DNA of 64,000 nucleotides from Octopus sinensis (lineage: Eukaryota): the NCBI RefSeq assembly GCF_006345805.1, contig NC_043002.1:1116001-1180000 (forward strand), read 5' to 3'. The position numbers and the translations under genes were made by a program. Numbering within the stretch: the first letter of the stretch is position 1; every line of letters begins with the position of its first letter. Below, in pieces: positions 25,545 through 38,200 of the stretch. Under the pieces are notes generated by a model, which saw only the letters and a list, made by a program, of their open reading frames with translations, was not told where the DNA came from and did no database searches.

Positions 25545-26773
25545 CAAAGCCTTGCAGATAGATTGAGACGAAGCAGTTGATTTAGTGGGTTTAACATTTC
25601 CTTTTTTGACAAAACCTTTCTTGCTTGAAAATCTAATCCTTTTCCTCTTTATTTTTCGGGTAAATAGCGAACTGATTCGACAACAGAAAGTCATGGAACA
25701 AAAGAATCGTTCCGCCGTTGTTGTTTTAGCGCGCGCTGGGCACACTGCCAATAGAATTGTTAAGTTGACGAAACTTCTAGAAGCAACAGTTTATTGTGTG
25801 TATAAACAATTTAAAGAAGAGAGAAAGATTGATAGAAAAGAACACAATACTCGAAGTGATTTCAAGCACAATCCAAAGTTTCTCGCTGGCCTCAAACCTT
25901 CGATTGAAGCCAACCCATCGACATCCATGACAACTCTTGCAAAAAAACGCAATGTGTCCCTTTCCTCGGTGCCCCAAGTTATGAACAGGAACCTTGGCAC
26001 GACTAGTTATGTTCGACAACGCCGTCACCTCCTAAGAGCCAAGGACAAAGCAATCAGAGCCGAGAGATACTCAAAGCTTCTCTCATTCATCGAGCATCAA
26101 GGTGCAGAAAAGCTCTCGAGCTTGTGGACGAGAAGTTCACTGTAGACGCTGAGGTGAATTGTAGAAATTCTCGAATGATTGCATACAACCCTTCTGATGA
26201 CCCCCCGTGTTTGAGACTAAGAATTCTGCCGATGTGATGGTATTTGGAGCCGTGGCGTGTTATGGAAGTATCATGGATCCACACTTCCTTGGCTTGAAGA
26301 TCGGCACAAAGGAGCATCTGAACATCTTGACAATGTGGTGCTTATCCAGAATTCTGCACCATGCCATGGGTAAAAAGCAACACTGGCCTTCCTTGGTGAG
26401 AAGGTGCTACTTTTTTACGAGGGCCAACCTCTGGCCCAGTAATAGCCAAGATCTCAACCCTCTCGATCACTTTTTATGGGGCGTACTTCAAGCAAGGACC
26501 AATGCTTCACCACACTCGAGTGTCAACAGTTTGAAGACCTGCATCGTGCATGCGGCACGCAAATCAAGAAGACGGGGGTTGCAACAGTTGCAAACAAATT
26601 TCGTTCTCGTGTGGAGGCAGTAATTGCCCCAAAAGACGGCCATATTGAGCGATGAATGTTTTTGTTATAATTTTAATGCAACATTTATTACATCTGCCTA
26701 CTGCCATTATTTTAGTATTTATAACCAGTTTTATGCATCGTAAAAATTGTCTCAATTTATCTGCAATTCCTTG
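25545..26773 (+). mobile_element. Near-complete maT/DD37D-type (Tc1/mariner superfamily) transposon, frameshifted
   Basis: TA-flanked imperfect TIRs CAAAGCCTTGCAGATAGATTGAGAC / GTCTCAATTTATCTGCAATTCCTTG. HTH N-terminus, VDEKFTV..VMVFGAV..QNSAPCH..WPSNSQDLNPLDHFLWG. Confidence 0.9.
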
Positions 26774-27049
26774 TACTTATTTAGAGAAAAAAAAACACAT
26801 TGCAAGCGCTATATTGGTGAGTAAAGCTCACAACACGGTTTCTACTTTTTAAAACTATTGTTTAAAAGTTTGAAGATAACCTGCGATTAAAATAGATTCA
26901 AATCAGTCACGTGTTCTCTGTATAACCGAGAATAATCAAAGTGTGGTAGATTTTCGATTTCTCGACGATTGCCAAACAATACATACACACTTACAATAAG
27001 ATACATACATACGAGTATAGACACGTGTGTTTTCTCTCAAGTATATTAG

Positions 27050-30000
27050 CCAGACGCATGTTTGTAGTGATTTCATTTACTTCGACCATGCTCCCCTCTC
27101 AGGTCAACATCTCCATCGCTTTCAATCCTCAACTTCCTCTTGAAGAGGTCGTTGATGGTTGACCAAACAGAAAAACATTGCCTTCAGTCATGTTCGTCAT
27201 ACAACATCTTTAACCACAACAGATCAAATTGAAACTCTTCTGTAATACAAACACATCAACGTTTCAGGGTCCCTTCCCTCAAGTCTCTTCGAACGTTTTG
27301 TTTAGGTTACGGTTAGCTTTTCACTCATCGCTTCACGACAGATTGAAATCGCACTCCAATCTCTATTCATCCTTCATCGTCGCAAAACGGTGGGATGAGG
27401 TAATACCACTTCAAAGTGGTGGCCATCGGATTCATGCCCAACTATTTCCTGATTGACAGGATGCGGCATTTACGATAAAACGAACTTTTGGGGAAACCCC
27501 AGCAATACTCAGATGATCCTTACTGTCTCATATAGTTACTGCGATTTCTGCCGTACACGTATGGATGGCATATGGCACTAGAAGAATTCCGGAATTTTCG
27601 AGAGTATCATAAATATCTGAATGTCCATACCAACATTCCTCAACCTAATGTCACTTCTGGTCAAGTTGGGACACGTGATCATACTGTGCTTCAAAAGTAA
27701 AAACAAGCTAAGGGTCTCTGAATGCGACACTTGTAATATGCTGGTCCTTATATTGCAATATAGGTGTGTGAGCAAATGTATGTAACACCACCTCGGCCTC
27801 TCGTCCAGGTTAGTCCTTGGTCTTGAAGATCTGAAGAACTCCCGTAACAGTGATTCAGGGAAAACTATATCGTTCTACACATCGGCTGATATCCACATTA
27901 GCTGATTACTTGTGATAACACACAACATTTCACCTTTCAAGAGTCAGTAGTATGGCTCCTTCTTCGCCCTCCCTTTGACATGATGGTAGGCTAAAAAATA
28001 GTTTTCGTGGTATAGTTATTCTTCTACAAACTGTTTCAGAGAGTTAACCGATATTCGAATTTTCTTTCAAGACAACTTTAGCAAAAGACTTCTTTTTTGA
28101 CGCCAACGTTTTTATTTGCCATTTGTAGAATTTCCACTTCTTTGGGTGTAGTGTAAATGCTTCTGTTATATTTTTCTTTTCATATTGCCAATTTTGAAAT
28201 AGGTGTTCTGGTTGGCAAAATTTTGAAAATGTTTACAAAATTCCCTGCAGGCGTGTACGTAACTACCACGTTTGCGCTTAGCACCAAGAGGAATACAGCA
28301 TTTTGTCAAGCAAGTCAGCGAAAGTTCGCAAAATATAGATTTTCCAACGACAATTCTTTATTATTCCATCCAAAATAAACAAGGAGGACATTTCTCCGTT
28401 TCACAATAAATACAAGTCCGATTCCTCCACCGAACCAATTCAAAAAACTATTCCTACTTTCAAATTTTAGCACAAGACCTGCAATTTTAAGAGGAGGTGG
28501 GGGTCAGTCGATATCACTGGTTCCAGTACTTAACTAGTGCCTTATTTTATCGGCATTGAGGGATGAAGGCAGAGTTGACTATCGCAGAATTTTTAACACA
28601 CAACGTAAAAAACCAAAAGTAATACCACAAGGCACTCAGCGCGTTTTTGATTCGGTCAACATCACCCGAATAATAATAATAATAATGGTGTTCTCTTTAT
28701 TTGCCGCAAGGGCCTGTTACTAATTAGAGCGGATAGGAGATCTGCGGTCATGTACATAATATAATTGAGCGGTAAGAGATTTACACAAGGTATCATGAAA
28801 TATCAAATATGAATTACAAATACACTGCGCAAATAATATATATATATATATAGATATGAACAAAAGACAAAAATAATGACGATCCTTCCTAACTACACGA
28901 TGAGACAACTCCATTCAGGTTAGATGAGGTCAGCACCTATGGTACAGACTCAGAGTAGTGAAGCACAACGTGAAAGGCCAAAGCACACGGAATCCTTCAT
29001 TCGGAGAAGTGTTGGTTGCAAATGGAGATTCTAACCTACGGAAACTTCTATAAAAAGTGATAAAGCTTTCTAATATGGTCAAATAGAAACTGGATTTAAA
29101 CACAACAGTCAAATGGCAATGAATAAGGGAGGCGATGCATATGCTTTGTCTCTCTACCTGACTCGTTAGGATAAGCTTCACCTCGGTTTATCTCTTGATA
29201 CAACTGTTCACTTAGCTTGTGAGGTCATCCAAGTTCCAATTCAATTGGTATTCTGACATAAAGCAGTCAAGCTGGCTGCTATGGATCTTCCTTTTCCGGT
29301 GTCCAATGGAGGACCAGCGACTTGTACCAACGCTTCTGTGTTACACCTCGTATTTCTTCAATGCCGTGTCGATCACCTCAATTTAGAAAGTGTCTGATAT
29401 CGTCACGGTGGCAATTTCTGCTGATGCCAACTCGAACTTCTCGTCTCTCAGTTGGAAGGAGATGCTTCTTCAAGTTTTTCGCAACAATAGGTCGAAAATA
29501 AAAAAAAGTACAGAAGCAATAAGGACACTGAAAACGTCTCTCAGTTGGAAGGAGAAGCATCAGGGATGCTGAGAAAACGAGTGATTCGGAAAAAAAACTC
29601 GAAAGACTGCCAGTATCTCTGATAAGATGCTGTTGTACATCGAGACGATTCAGGCTCTGAAAAAAATGAATCGAAACTTGTGTGTGGTACACTGCTATGT
29701 CTACCAAAACACGAGAGAACAGATTTGGGATGAATAAAGAGCGTTGAGCAAACCATCCAAACCAGACGATTTTGTCTCTTGTGCATTCACAAAACACTGA
29801 GTTTTTCTCAGCCATTATTAGTTTCTCACCGAGAACCACATTAAATCGTTGGGTAGAAAGTAATTACACCGTCTCTGGTCTCTCATTACCCACAGAGAGT
29901 TGCGAAAAGTGCGATTGGAGGACTGCGCACATACACCGGGTACCGAATAACACCCATTCACTATAAACTGTCAAAGACCTAATAGTTGCTTTGCTGTCAC

Positions 30001-30900
30001 ATCCCACCTTTGCCACTTGTGAGCATGGAACTGTTTTTGCTTCCTTGTGATTAAGGGCAGGAAGCCTCTTTCTGAAGATGCAGTTTTCTCATTTTGTACG
30101 GAAGTAATATCATGCCTCATTTTCATTACCAGCATGTGTGTTAAAAAGCCTTTTCTAATCGACTCTTTCATTTGCTGACCAACTGCCCATCTAATACATT
30201 GCTTTCTATTGGTAATTTCTTTCTATATATTACTGATTCTACACCAAACGCTCTCTTCAGAGAGGAATTCCATCGATTATTGATAATAAACCCATCACCT
30301 CACGCTTAGCTGCTTCGATAATCCAATCATCATAGCTCTTCTGTGTCAGGGAAAAGCCCCGACTCGTTAAGCTTCTAGTAAGCGAGTCCTTGTCTGAGCG
30401 TCTTCTCTTAGTTAGCTGTGCGGACGACAATCCTGCAGTTTGTATAGTTACTAGACGAAATTATGGACAGCGTGTTTTTTCTAGTTGATGATGTAACAAG
30501 TACTTTGTGTAGTTTGTCCAATTGTACATTCGCGAAAGTCATCGAGTTGGAAACACCTGGACACGTTTGTGTGTTTTAACACCCTTCACGTATAGGATAC
30601 TTCAAGGCAACCCCAGAGTGCCTGGAAGATAATATTCTAGTCACCCACAAACATTCCCATGAACGACTCAAGATGTCTGAAGACGTCTTGTCGCTCCACA
30701 GTCATGTCATTAATAACTGGGAAGACAACATCAATGGTTTTCTCTGCCAAATCACCGAATATTGCTTAAGCGTAACATCGAGATGCAGACTTTCCGAAAC
30801 AACAATGTCACCCACTCAATACCAACCGACTTAAATATGCGGACATCTCGTAGCTATTGAGAAGAAGCATGGTTGCACATGCCTCAGAACTTCCAGTCCC
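27050..30900 (-). mobile_element. Highly decayed L1/Tx1-type LINE (boundaries approximate)
   Basis: 29430-29100 on minus reads ATVTISDTF*IEVIDTALKKYEV and CIASLIHCHLTVV, aligning by eye to DDVTDIVS..DTLQEYEV and YIASVIYYRLTVV of the 9062-10088 element. Confidence 0.55.
28458..28670 (-). mobile_element. SINE family 1, degraded (tail C)
   Basis: Core and tail still recognisable. Confidence 0.7.
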
Positions 30901-30977
30901 GCTGATAGCTATTGCATCTAAATCTGATGAGCTAAGGTCATTAAGTGAGTGATTATTTCTCTAGCTCGATTCAGGTT

Positions 30978-30978
<1 letters not shown>

Positions 30979-31014
<36 letters not shown>
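30979..31014. repeat. (TG)n microsatellite
   Basis: Direct reading. Confidence 0.95.
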
Positions 31015-31017
<3 letters not shown>

Positions 31018-31408
31018 TCTCAAAACTATTATCACTGAGTTGTGAAGCCTTTTATTTTATATTTCCAAGAATCAGTTAATCGACGAGATTAATTCAATGA
31101 GAAAACTGAAACTAAATTTGCGTCCCCCGATTCTTTAATGTTGCAGGCAAAGTGAAGGCCATGAAATGAAAAGAAGAAGCAGCATTACTAATAATCTTTT
31201 ACAAATATCAGTTGATTTCTGCACCAGAATTCGCCCTATTCAACTGGTCTAACCACTGCGAATTAGCCATTCTTAATATGCTGTTTGATTGCACGATTAC
31301 GTCATTCACAAAATGTCTGCTCTCGTTTCGAAGAGGCTGCTGCAGATAAAGTCTAATTTGTAAGAAAAAAACAGAAACAAAACAATATGACATTTTATGT
31401 AAGTGATT

Positions 31409-31478
<70 letters not shown>
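31409..31478. repeat. (GA)n microsatellite
   Basis: Direct reading. Confidence 0.95.
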
Positions 31479-31480
<2 letters not shown>

Positions 31481-32289
31481 TGCTTGGTATTTTAGTTTTT
31501 GAAAATTTGATATACGGAGGAATGAAAATCATTTCAAGGAAAGACGAAACACATTAGCAACAGGTTTACGCAATTACCAATCAATAAAATTTCTCTCAGC
31601 TGGAATAATTATTAATCTAATCCGATCGTGTACGTTACCAAAACTCTGCCCCTGTTTTGATTCGTTGACTTCATTGGTGCGATTGTATTAAGAGATCACT
31701 TATTTCCATTTGAACCTATGTCACCTGGATGATAGAACTTTTTTCAGTTTTGCAGTTAATTCAGCGAAGAGAAGGATTCGTTACAGTCGATGCTACTAGT
31801 TTGGCGATAACCGAATGGGAAATAATAGTAATTGGTATGGCGATCATTTCTAGCGAGTTACAACACGAAAATATAATTGCGGATTGTTTCAAAGAAAAAT
31901 CACAGTGGGTAGCTTCTTGTAAAGACGTGGAACAAATAACACCAATTTTACAGAGCTATCAGCATTGTATTAAATATTGTGATTACATTGTTGAAGCGGT
32001 TTATGAAGAGCTGTTCTCATCGATCAACAATTACACTGATACGCTCAAAGTCTTAGAATTCAAACAAGTTTCGCGATAAACTACTCACAAAACGACGAAC
32101 ATAACACACTATCGAGCACTATATTGTGTATCTACAAGATTTGTTGCAGCACAAAAATCTGCACAACACTAAATGAAAAGAGACGGTTTCAATGATAATT
32201 ATAAAATATCACCAACAGGAACTTGGAATATCGAATGAAACCAGTCAATGAACTTAATTCTTAAAATAAGAATGCACTGTCTAAGATTT

Positions 32290-32720
32290 CTCCTGGACAC
32301 ATTTCAAGGAATGAGAAAACATTTTTAACCATAGGTTTCTACTGGTCTCTAGCAGAGGACGATGCTAAGAATAGTTCAAAGTTACGAAGCAAATTCAGAT
32401 AGATGTAGATATGGCTGAGTACACTTAGGAAGTTCGTTTCACAGACATTGCGGTAGCCAGGGGTTGATCAATAATGCGTGATTGTGATTTGATCGGGGAA
32501 AACGGGGAAAAACACTGTTGTATATACAGTATAGGCATACATAATGTGGGATTTTCAAATAAATTTAATGCCGCAAGGAAAGGGAAAAAGCCATTGTGAG
32601 TGAGTGCATCAATATCTAAACAAGTGGCAACTGTCTTAACGGGAGTGGCTAAGAAGTAGCATGGTTTAACTGATAATCCGCATGAAGTTGTCTTTTCTTG
32701 AAGATAAATTTTATGCGGAT
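32290..32720 (+). mobile_element. Possible Gypsy/Ginger-type integrase relic
   Basis: GFYWSLAEDDAK(fs)IVQSYEA and DCDLIG resemble the FYWP..DA..V..CE.CQ and DLIGP integrase motifs. Confidence 0.4.
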
Positions 32721-35700
32721 AAGAATGAGAGAACATAGCAGTGTAAATTTAAATGGGGGATAAATATTAAAAATAATATTGGTGCTAAGAGAAACTGCAT
32801 ATGTTATTTTAATAATATGTAATACGAGATGATGTATGCGACATTTCAAAAAGCAAAGAAGACTGAAGAATGCAAACACAAAGTAGACAATTTCTTTTAT
32901 CCCTCAAAAATCAAGAAAATATGAAAGCATCATATACTTGGTAGAGGGGGGGGGGTAACATGGCTTCCTCGTCTGTGAATGTAGTTTAATGAAGTATATA
33001 ATTTTTCTAAAATACATTTTTATCGACGGCGACTTTTTAAAAATAACAATTTCGAGTTCACTTTCTGCTCGAGTAGACTCAGCCTTTCGTAGTTGTTAAG
33101 AAAAAAAAATATGGATACGTTTTTACTCCTCGTTTACTGTTATTTGCCGAATATCTTTTCAGCTTGATTCATGATCATTGCTTGAATAATAACCGAGTAA
33201 GATCTATTAAAATAAATTGATGTTCTAAAGAAATGAATGGTTATCACAAAATATCAAACAGTAAAGGATGCATTGAAATACTGACATATTTTCCCTCGAA
33301 GCAGATTTACAAAATTCTTTTACACCTTATTTATGCTTTTTATATCTTTATTATCATTTTACTTAAAGTAATTTTCTCCGTTTTCAACTCGACACATATT
33401 TCATGCTCATCATTTTATGATTTTTATCAAGTTATTTCATGGAAGTTTTGTAATTATAACTTACTGGGGAGGATTTAGAATATGGCGCCAGATAAATACC
33501 ACTTTTCCTAGAAATCTATAATTATAACTTTGACAAAAATGCAATAAATATATAAGATTATCGACCTAAACTTACAGCGATATAGATAATGTTTCTTAAA
33601 TTCTCTCTGGCCACATTTCAATAGGAACGTTAGGGTATCAAAAGAAACTGTGTGAGGCATGGACTAACAACTACTAATCAATAAACATGATTGATATATT
33701 TTATTTTACTTCTGTTTGGAAAATATAAGAAGAGACTCTTGCTTTGAATAGCACAATGTTGGCGTCCTTAACTAAATTATACTCCTCCTCTCAGATTAAA
33801 AGCAACAGAGAGAATTGTAACGTATCTACATTCAACACACACACAAAGATAAGCTTGAAATAGAAGACATATTTCAGTTGAATAAAGTAATAACAAGGTC
33901 GAATGTTATGGATTAAATTGAATATAGAAAATAATTGAATATAGAACCGATAGAAAAGTTGTATGTTTTCATTGATATTTTTGTCAATGCGAGTAATATT
34001 GCTTTTTGAACATTAACACACTCACCCACATTCCACAAATGCTACAGACAAAGATACACAAACACGCATGATTTCAATAAGCATAGTGTTATTAAATAAA
34101 ACTCTTCTGTCAGTTTTTTGCTCCGGAAAAGTAAAGTTATTCTCTAACGATTTTGACAAGGAATAAGCAAATGAGGTTAGGAAGTGAGGAGGTCGAAGAG
34201 AAGGTGACTAATTTTGTAAATCAATATTTTATTTTTGCTCAAAAAAGAGGTTATATTGCGTACGCTGTCCCGATAGGAGACACAGGTAAAAAACGGTATG
34301 TCTTTTCATAATGCCTGCAACAGAATACAGTCAACATTCATTTTTCAGCTGAAGAAGTTTTGCTTGCCATTTTAATATTAAAAGGAGTTTATCAAGTTTA
34401 AAAGTGTATGCAAAGAAATGTGTAAAGAAATGTGTGTGTGCAATAAATCTGACCAATGAGACGAAGCTTAACAATTCCTTCAGTTGCTGTAATAGCTGTT
34501 TCTATAGCTAATGTATATGTAGAGAGAAATTATAGAACTAGTGCCGGCCAAATCTCAAGGTAAAATTAATGTCTGTTGAATTAATATTGAAAGGTGTAAT
34601 GAAAACATGGATCGAGCCTAAGAACGAACCCATTAAACTTATAACATCAGAGAAGATATTTCCAAAGAAGATCTCAAATATCTTTGCTCTACATTAGAGA
34701 ACGGAAGCTAAATGGAATCCTTTGTGTCTAAAATGGTTTTATAATAAATAAAATAGGTTTCGAATGCGTGAATGAAGCACGTGGCTGTAGTCAGGATATA
34801 GGTTTATTGAAAAAGGTGTTATTCCATGAAGTACCTGTTCTTTTATATTGGAGTAGTTTTCTCTCACTACTTGATAAAACTTAGTTTCAGTATAAAAGGA
34901 TTCGACATCCCGATTCCAGTAAGAAAGTAAATGTCTCCTGCATATAAGATTATGCTATTTCATCTTATATCGAATCACAATATTATAGGAATAGTTGTAG
35001 TTGTTAAAAGCATTGAAATTACAGTTACCTACCAAAAAACACATGTAAATCCTTAACCAGTTTTTCGCTATTTTCATGAGATATTCCCCAGAAGTTTTGT
35101 GACTAAATTAATATCAATCATCGGAGATAGAGATAGTTACTTATGCTATGCTTCAAATTTATATGACGAAGTTGGAAGTCTGAAACTATGCAAGAGAAGG
35201 TTGTGGATTGGTTCCTCTCTGTACTTCATATGTTGGGAGATAACAGAAGTGTCGTTTACAGTTGCGCTCTGAGTTCAGAAAAGGGAAAAGCTTCTGAAAC
35301 GATAGCAAGCTGAAGAGATGAGTTCAAGAGACAGATATATGATGACACAACGTACGAAAATAAGGAAACTGTTACATAAACAAATATTGTAGCTTAAAAT
35401 ATTTCTTATCGAAAATTAAGTTTTCTGAGAATCAAAATATTAATCACGTTCCCCGGCGACGAAGTGCGATTGTCTTTGCTGCCGCTCGCAGGCGAAGCGT
35501 TAAGAGGAAAGGGAGAAACGTTGGTGAAATCTCAAACAGTACGATTGCTTTCGTCACCATCACGAGAAAGAGTTTTCGATATCGTTAAGCAGCCATCGAA
35601 GTTTCTGTTTGGAGTAAATCTTCTCTGAAGTTTATTCCGACCATATCTATTTGAGTATGTAAAATATTTAAATTTTAGTTCCATGTGCTAACGCCACAAT

Positions 35701-37053
35701 AAAAAGAGTTTTTATTAGAATGCCTGGTCCGCAAGATTATCAAAGTTCTTCGAGAAGCGTTATATTTTTGCATGGATGAATATTTCACGAGCTGATGCGT
35801 GAAAAAGTAAATAAACAGTTAAAAACAAAACAAAATCAAAAATATTACACAAAGGGAGAAATGTTGAATTAAAATGATAAATTACTAATGCAGTTATTTT
35901 CATATTAAATCATGTTTGTGTTTATAATATATCGTGTTCACAGATTTTTCATGGCGTGAAATCAAAATCTAAAGGAGTTCATATTTATGCATAACTAATT
36001 CAAGTTCACTTCGTTGGTTCTTTGTTTAGTTACCAAGTTATATAAACAATGAGGATATAAAATTAAGAATTAACAATCAACACATTAATTTGGCAGTTCA
36101 TTATGTAAAAATATATTTAATGTTTAAAACATGTTTGTCTCAGCCAATATCAGATTTCTGCAAAACAATAGCGTCTTTATAAATTCACATGACTCATAAC
36201 ACAGCAATATAAAACTGTTTGTTTTGCCTCGAGACCAGAACCACAAACTCGTTTTTAGCTTCCTTTTAAATTTAATACTCTTCTGCTCAGCATTGTGAGG
36301 TAAAAGTTGACACATAACCACAAATTTTGAATTTTATAGTTTATTGATTGCTTCTTCTGGATTCATAAAATACGGCGCATGACTTGTATTAAGGATATTA
36401 ATGCTGTTTCATATAATATAATCTTTTGAATGTGACATATGAATAAAACTGTCTTAAAAGAATTTATTTAACTTAGAAAAATTAAACGTCAAGATTATAA
36501 AACTTACCACAAACTTAAATATTTGAATGGCTAAAAATATATTATTTAAGAAATTTTGAACTCACTGTACTCCAACATTAAATTTTGTAATTAAATGAAA
36601 TGTACCTAACACACCTTATCGCATTTGGAATTTCGACAATACGGAAAAGCCGGGAGCTACAGGAGTTCTGTTTCATGGGTGAATTTAAAATTAAATTATA
36701 AAAATTTCAGAAGAATTGGATTTAAAACTATAAACAAGCAACCATTATTAGCTAGTATCTGTCAATTCAAAGATTAAAGAGAACTATAGAAGAAAGTTGG
36801 AAAATATATTAAAGAAATGTTTGAGAAAATAAGAGAACAAAAGAATCTAAACAAAGACCCAAAGAAATAGAATAACTTATAATATACTCACCCCACCACA
36901 TGTGTGTATGTTTGTATAAGCTTTGGAATACATAAAACAGACTCACCAAAAATAATTCATATGCAAGAAATAAAATACAATAAATCTTAACCACAATGAT
37001 ATAATGAATTAAAAATGCCCAGAGAAACATTGAAAGAAACCACACAAAATATT

Positions 37054-37451
37054 CTTTTCTACTCTAGGCAAAAGGCCCAAAATTTTTGGGGAGGGGACCA
37101 GTCGATTAGATCGACCCTAGTACGCAACTGGTACTTAATTTATCGACTCCGAAAGGATGAAAGGCAAAGTCGACTTCGGCGGAATCTGAACTCAGAACGT
37201 AAAGACAGATGAAATACCTATTTCTTTACTACCCACAAGGGACTAAACACAGAGAGAACAAACAAGGCCAGACAAACAGATTAAGTCGATTATATCGACC
37301 CCAGTGCGTAACTGGTACTTATTTAATCGACTCCGAAAGGATGAAAAGCAAAGTCGACCTCGGCGGAATTTGAACTCAGAACGTAGCGGCAGACGAAATA
37401 CCGCTAAGCATTTCGCTCGACGTGCAAACGTTTCGGCCAGCTCGCCGCCTT
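37054..37451 (-). mobile_element. SINE family 1 dimer with 17-bp TSD
   Basis: TSD AAACCAC(A/C)CAAAATATT at 37037-37053 and 37452-37468. Confidence 0.93.
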
Positions 37452-37479
37452 AAACCACCCAAAATATTGACAAAAGATA

Positions 37480-38200
37480 TTTGCATCCATGGACGAATGA
37501 GACGCATATGAACAACCTGAATACTGCACGATTAAGTTGTTGGAGAGAATAAAAAGTATATATTAAGAAGCAGAGAAGATAAATTTTGGAAATATGAACG
37601 TTTCGAAAGCGGAAGAACATCTGGAAGACAATGAGCGATCTGGAAGACCTGGCAAGAGAGTCACCCACGGAAATGTGGAGAAAATGGGCCATTGCTGACG
37701 TTGTTGGTCTGTCGTATGGGTTCTAACGTCTGAATTGAACCTGCGGCGTGTCTCTGTCAAGTTTCTCGCCCACCTGCTGACTACTGAGCAGAAAGAAAAT
37801 CGTGTCGAAGAAAATCGGGATCTCCGTCAGCGTGCCGCTAATGATCCATCATTCATGTCGAAGATCATCACTGGTGACGAGAGTTAGGTCTAGGTGTGTG
37901 TGTGTGTGACCCTGAGACGAAGCAGAAGCAATCACAATGGAAGAGCCCTTCATCTCCATAACCGAAGAAGACACGACAGAGCATCAATCAAAAGCATGCG
38001 CATCATTTTTCTCTACATCTGCCGTGTTGTGCATTGAAAATTCATCTCCCAGAGCCAAACCGTCAACCGAGAATTCTGCGACGTTTTGAAGCGTTTGAGG
38101 GGCGACCGGATCTGTGGAGCGTTTGAGGGGTAACCGAATCTGTGAAGCGTTTGAGGGGTAACCGAATCTGTGAAGCGTTTGAGGGGCGACCGGATCTGTG
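37480..38200 (+). mobile_element. Mariner transposase relic
   Basis: RFESGRT..EDNERSGRP..LRRVSVKFLAHLLTTEQKENRV..FMSKIITGDES*V..DPETKQ..QWKSPSSP*PKK..QTVNREF. Confidence 0.88.
38089..38200. repeat. 28-bp tandem repeat x4
   Basis: RAGCGTTTGAGGGG(CG/TA)ACCG(G/A)ATCTGTG. Confidence 0.95.

Noticed and set aside
38089-38200. 28-bp repeats resembling a CRISPR array
   Set aside because: Units are contiguous with no unique spacers, the context is eukaryotic, and the unit derives from mariner.
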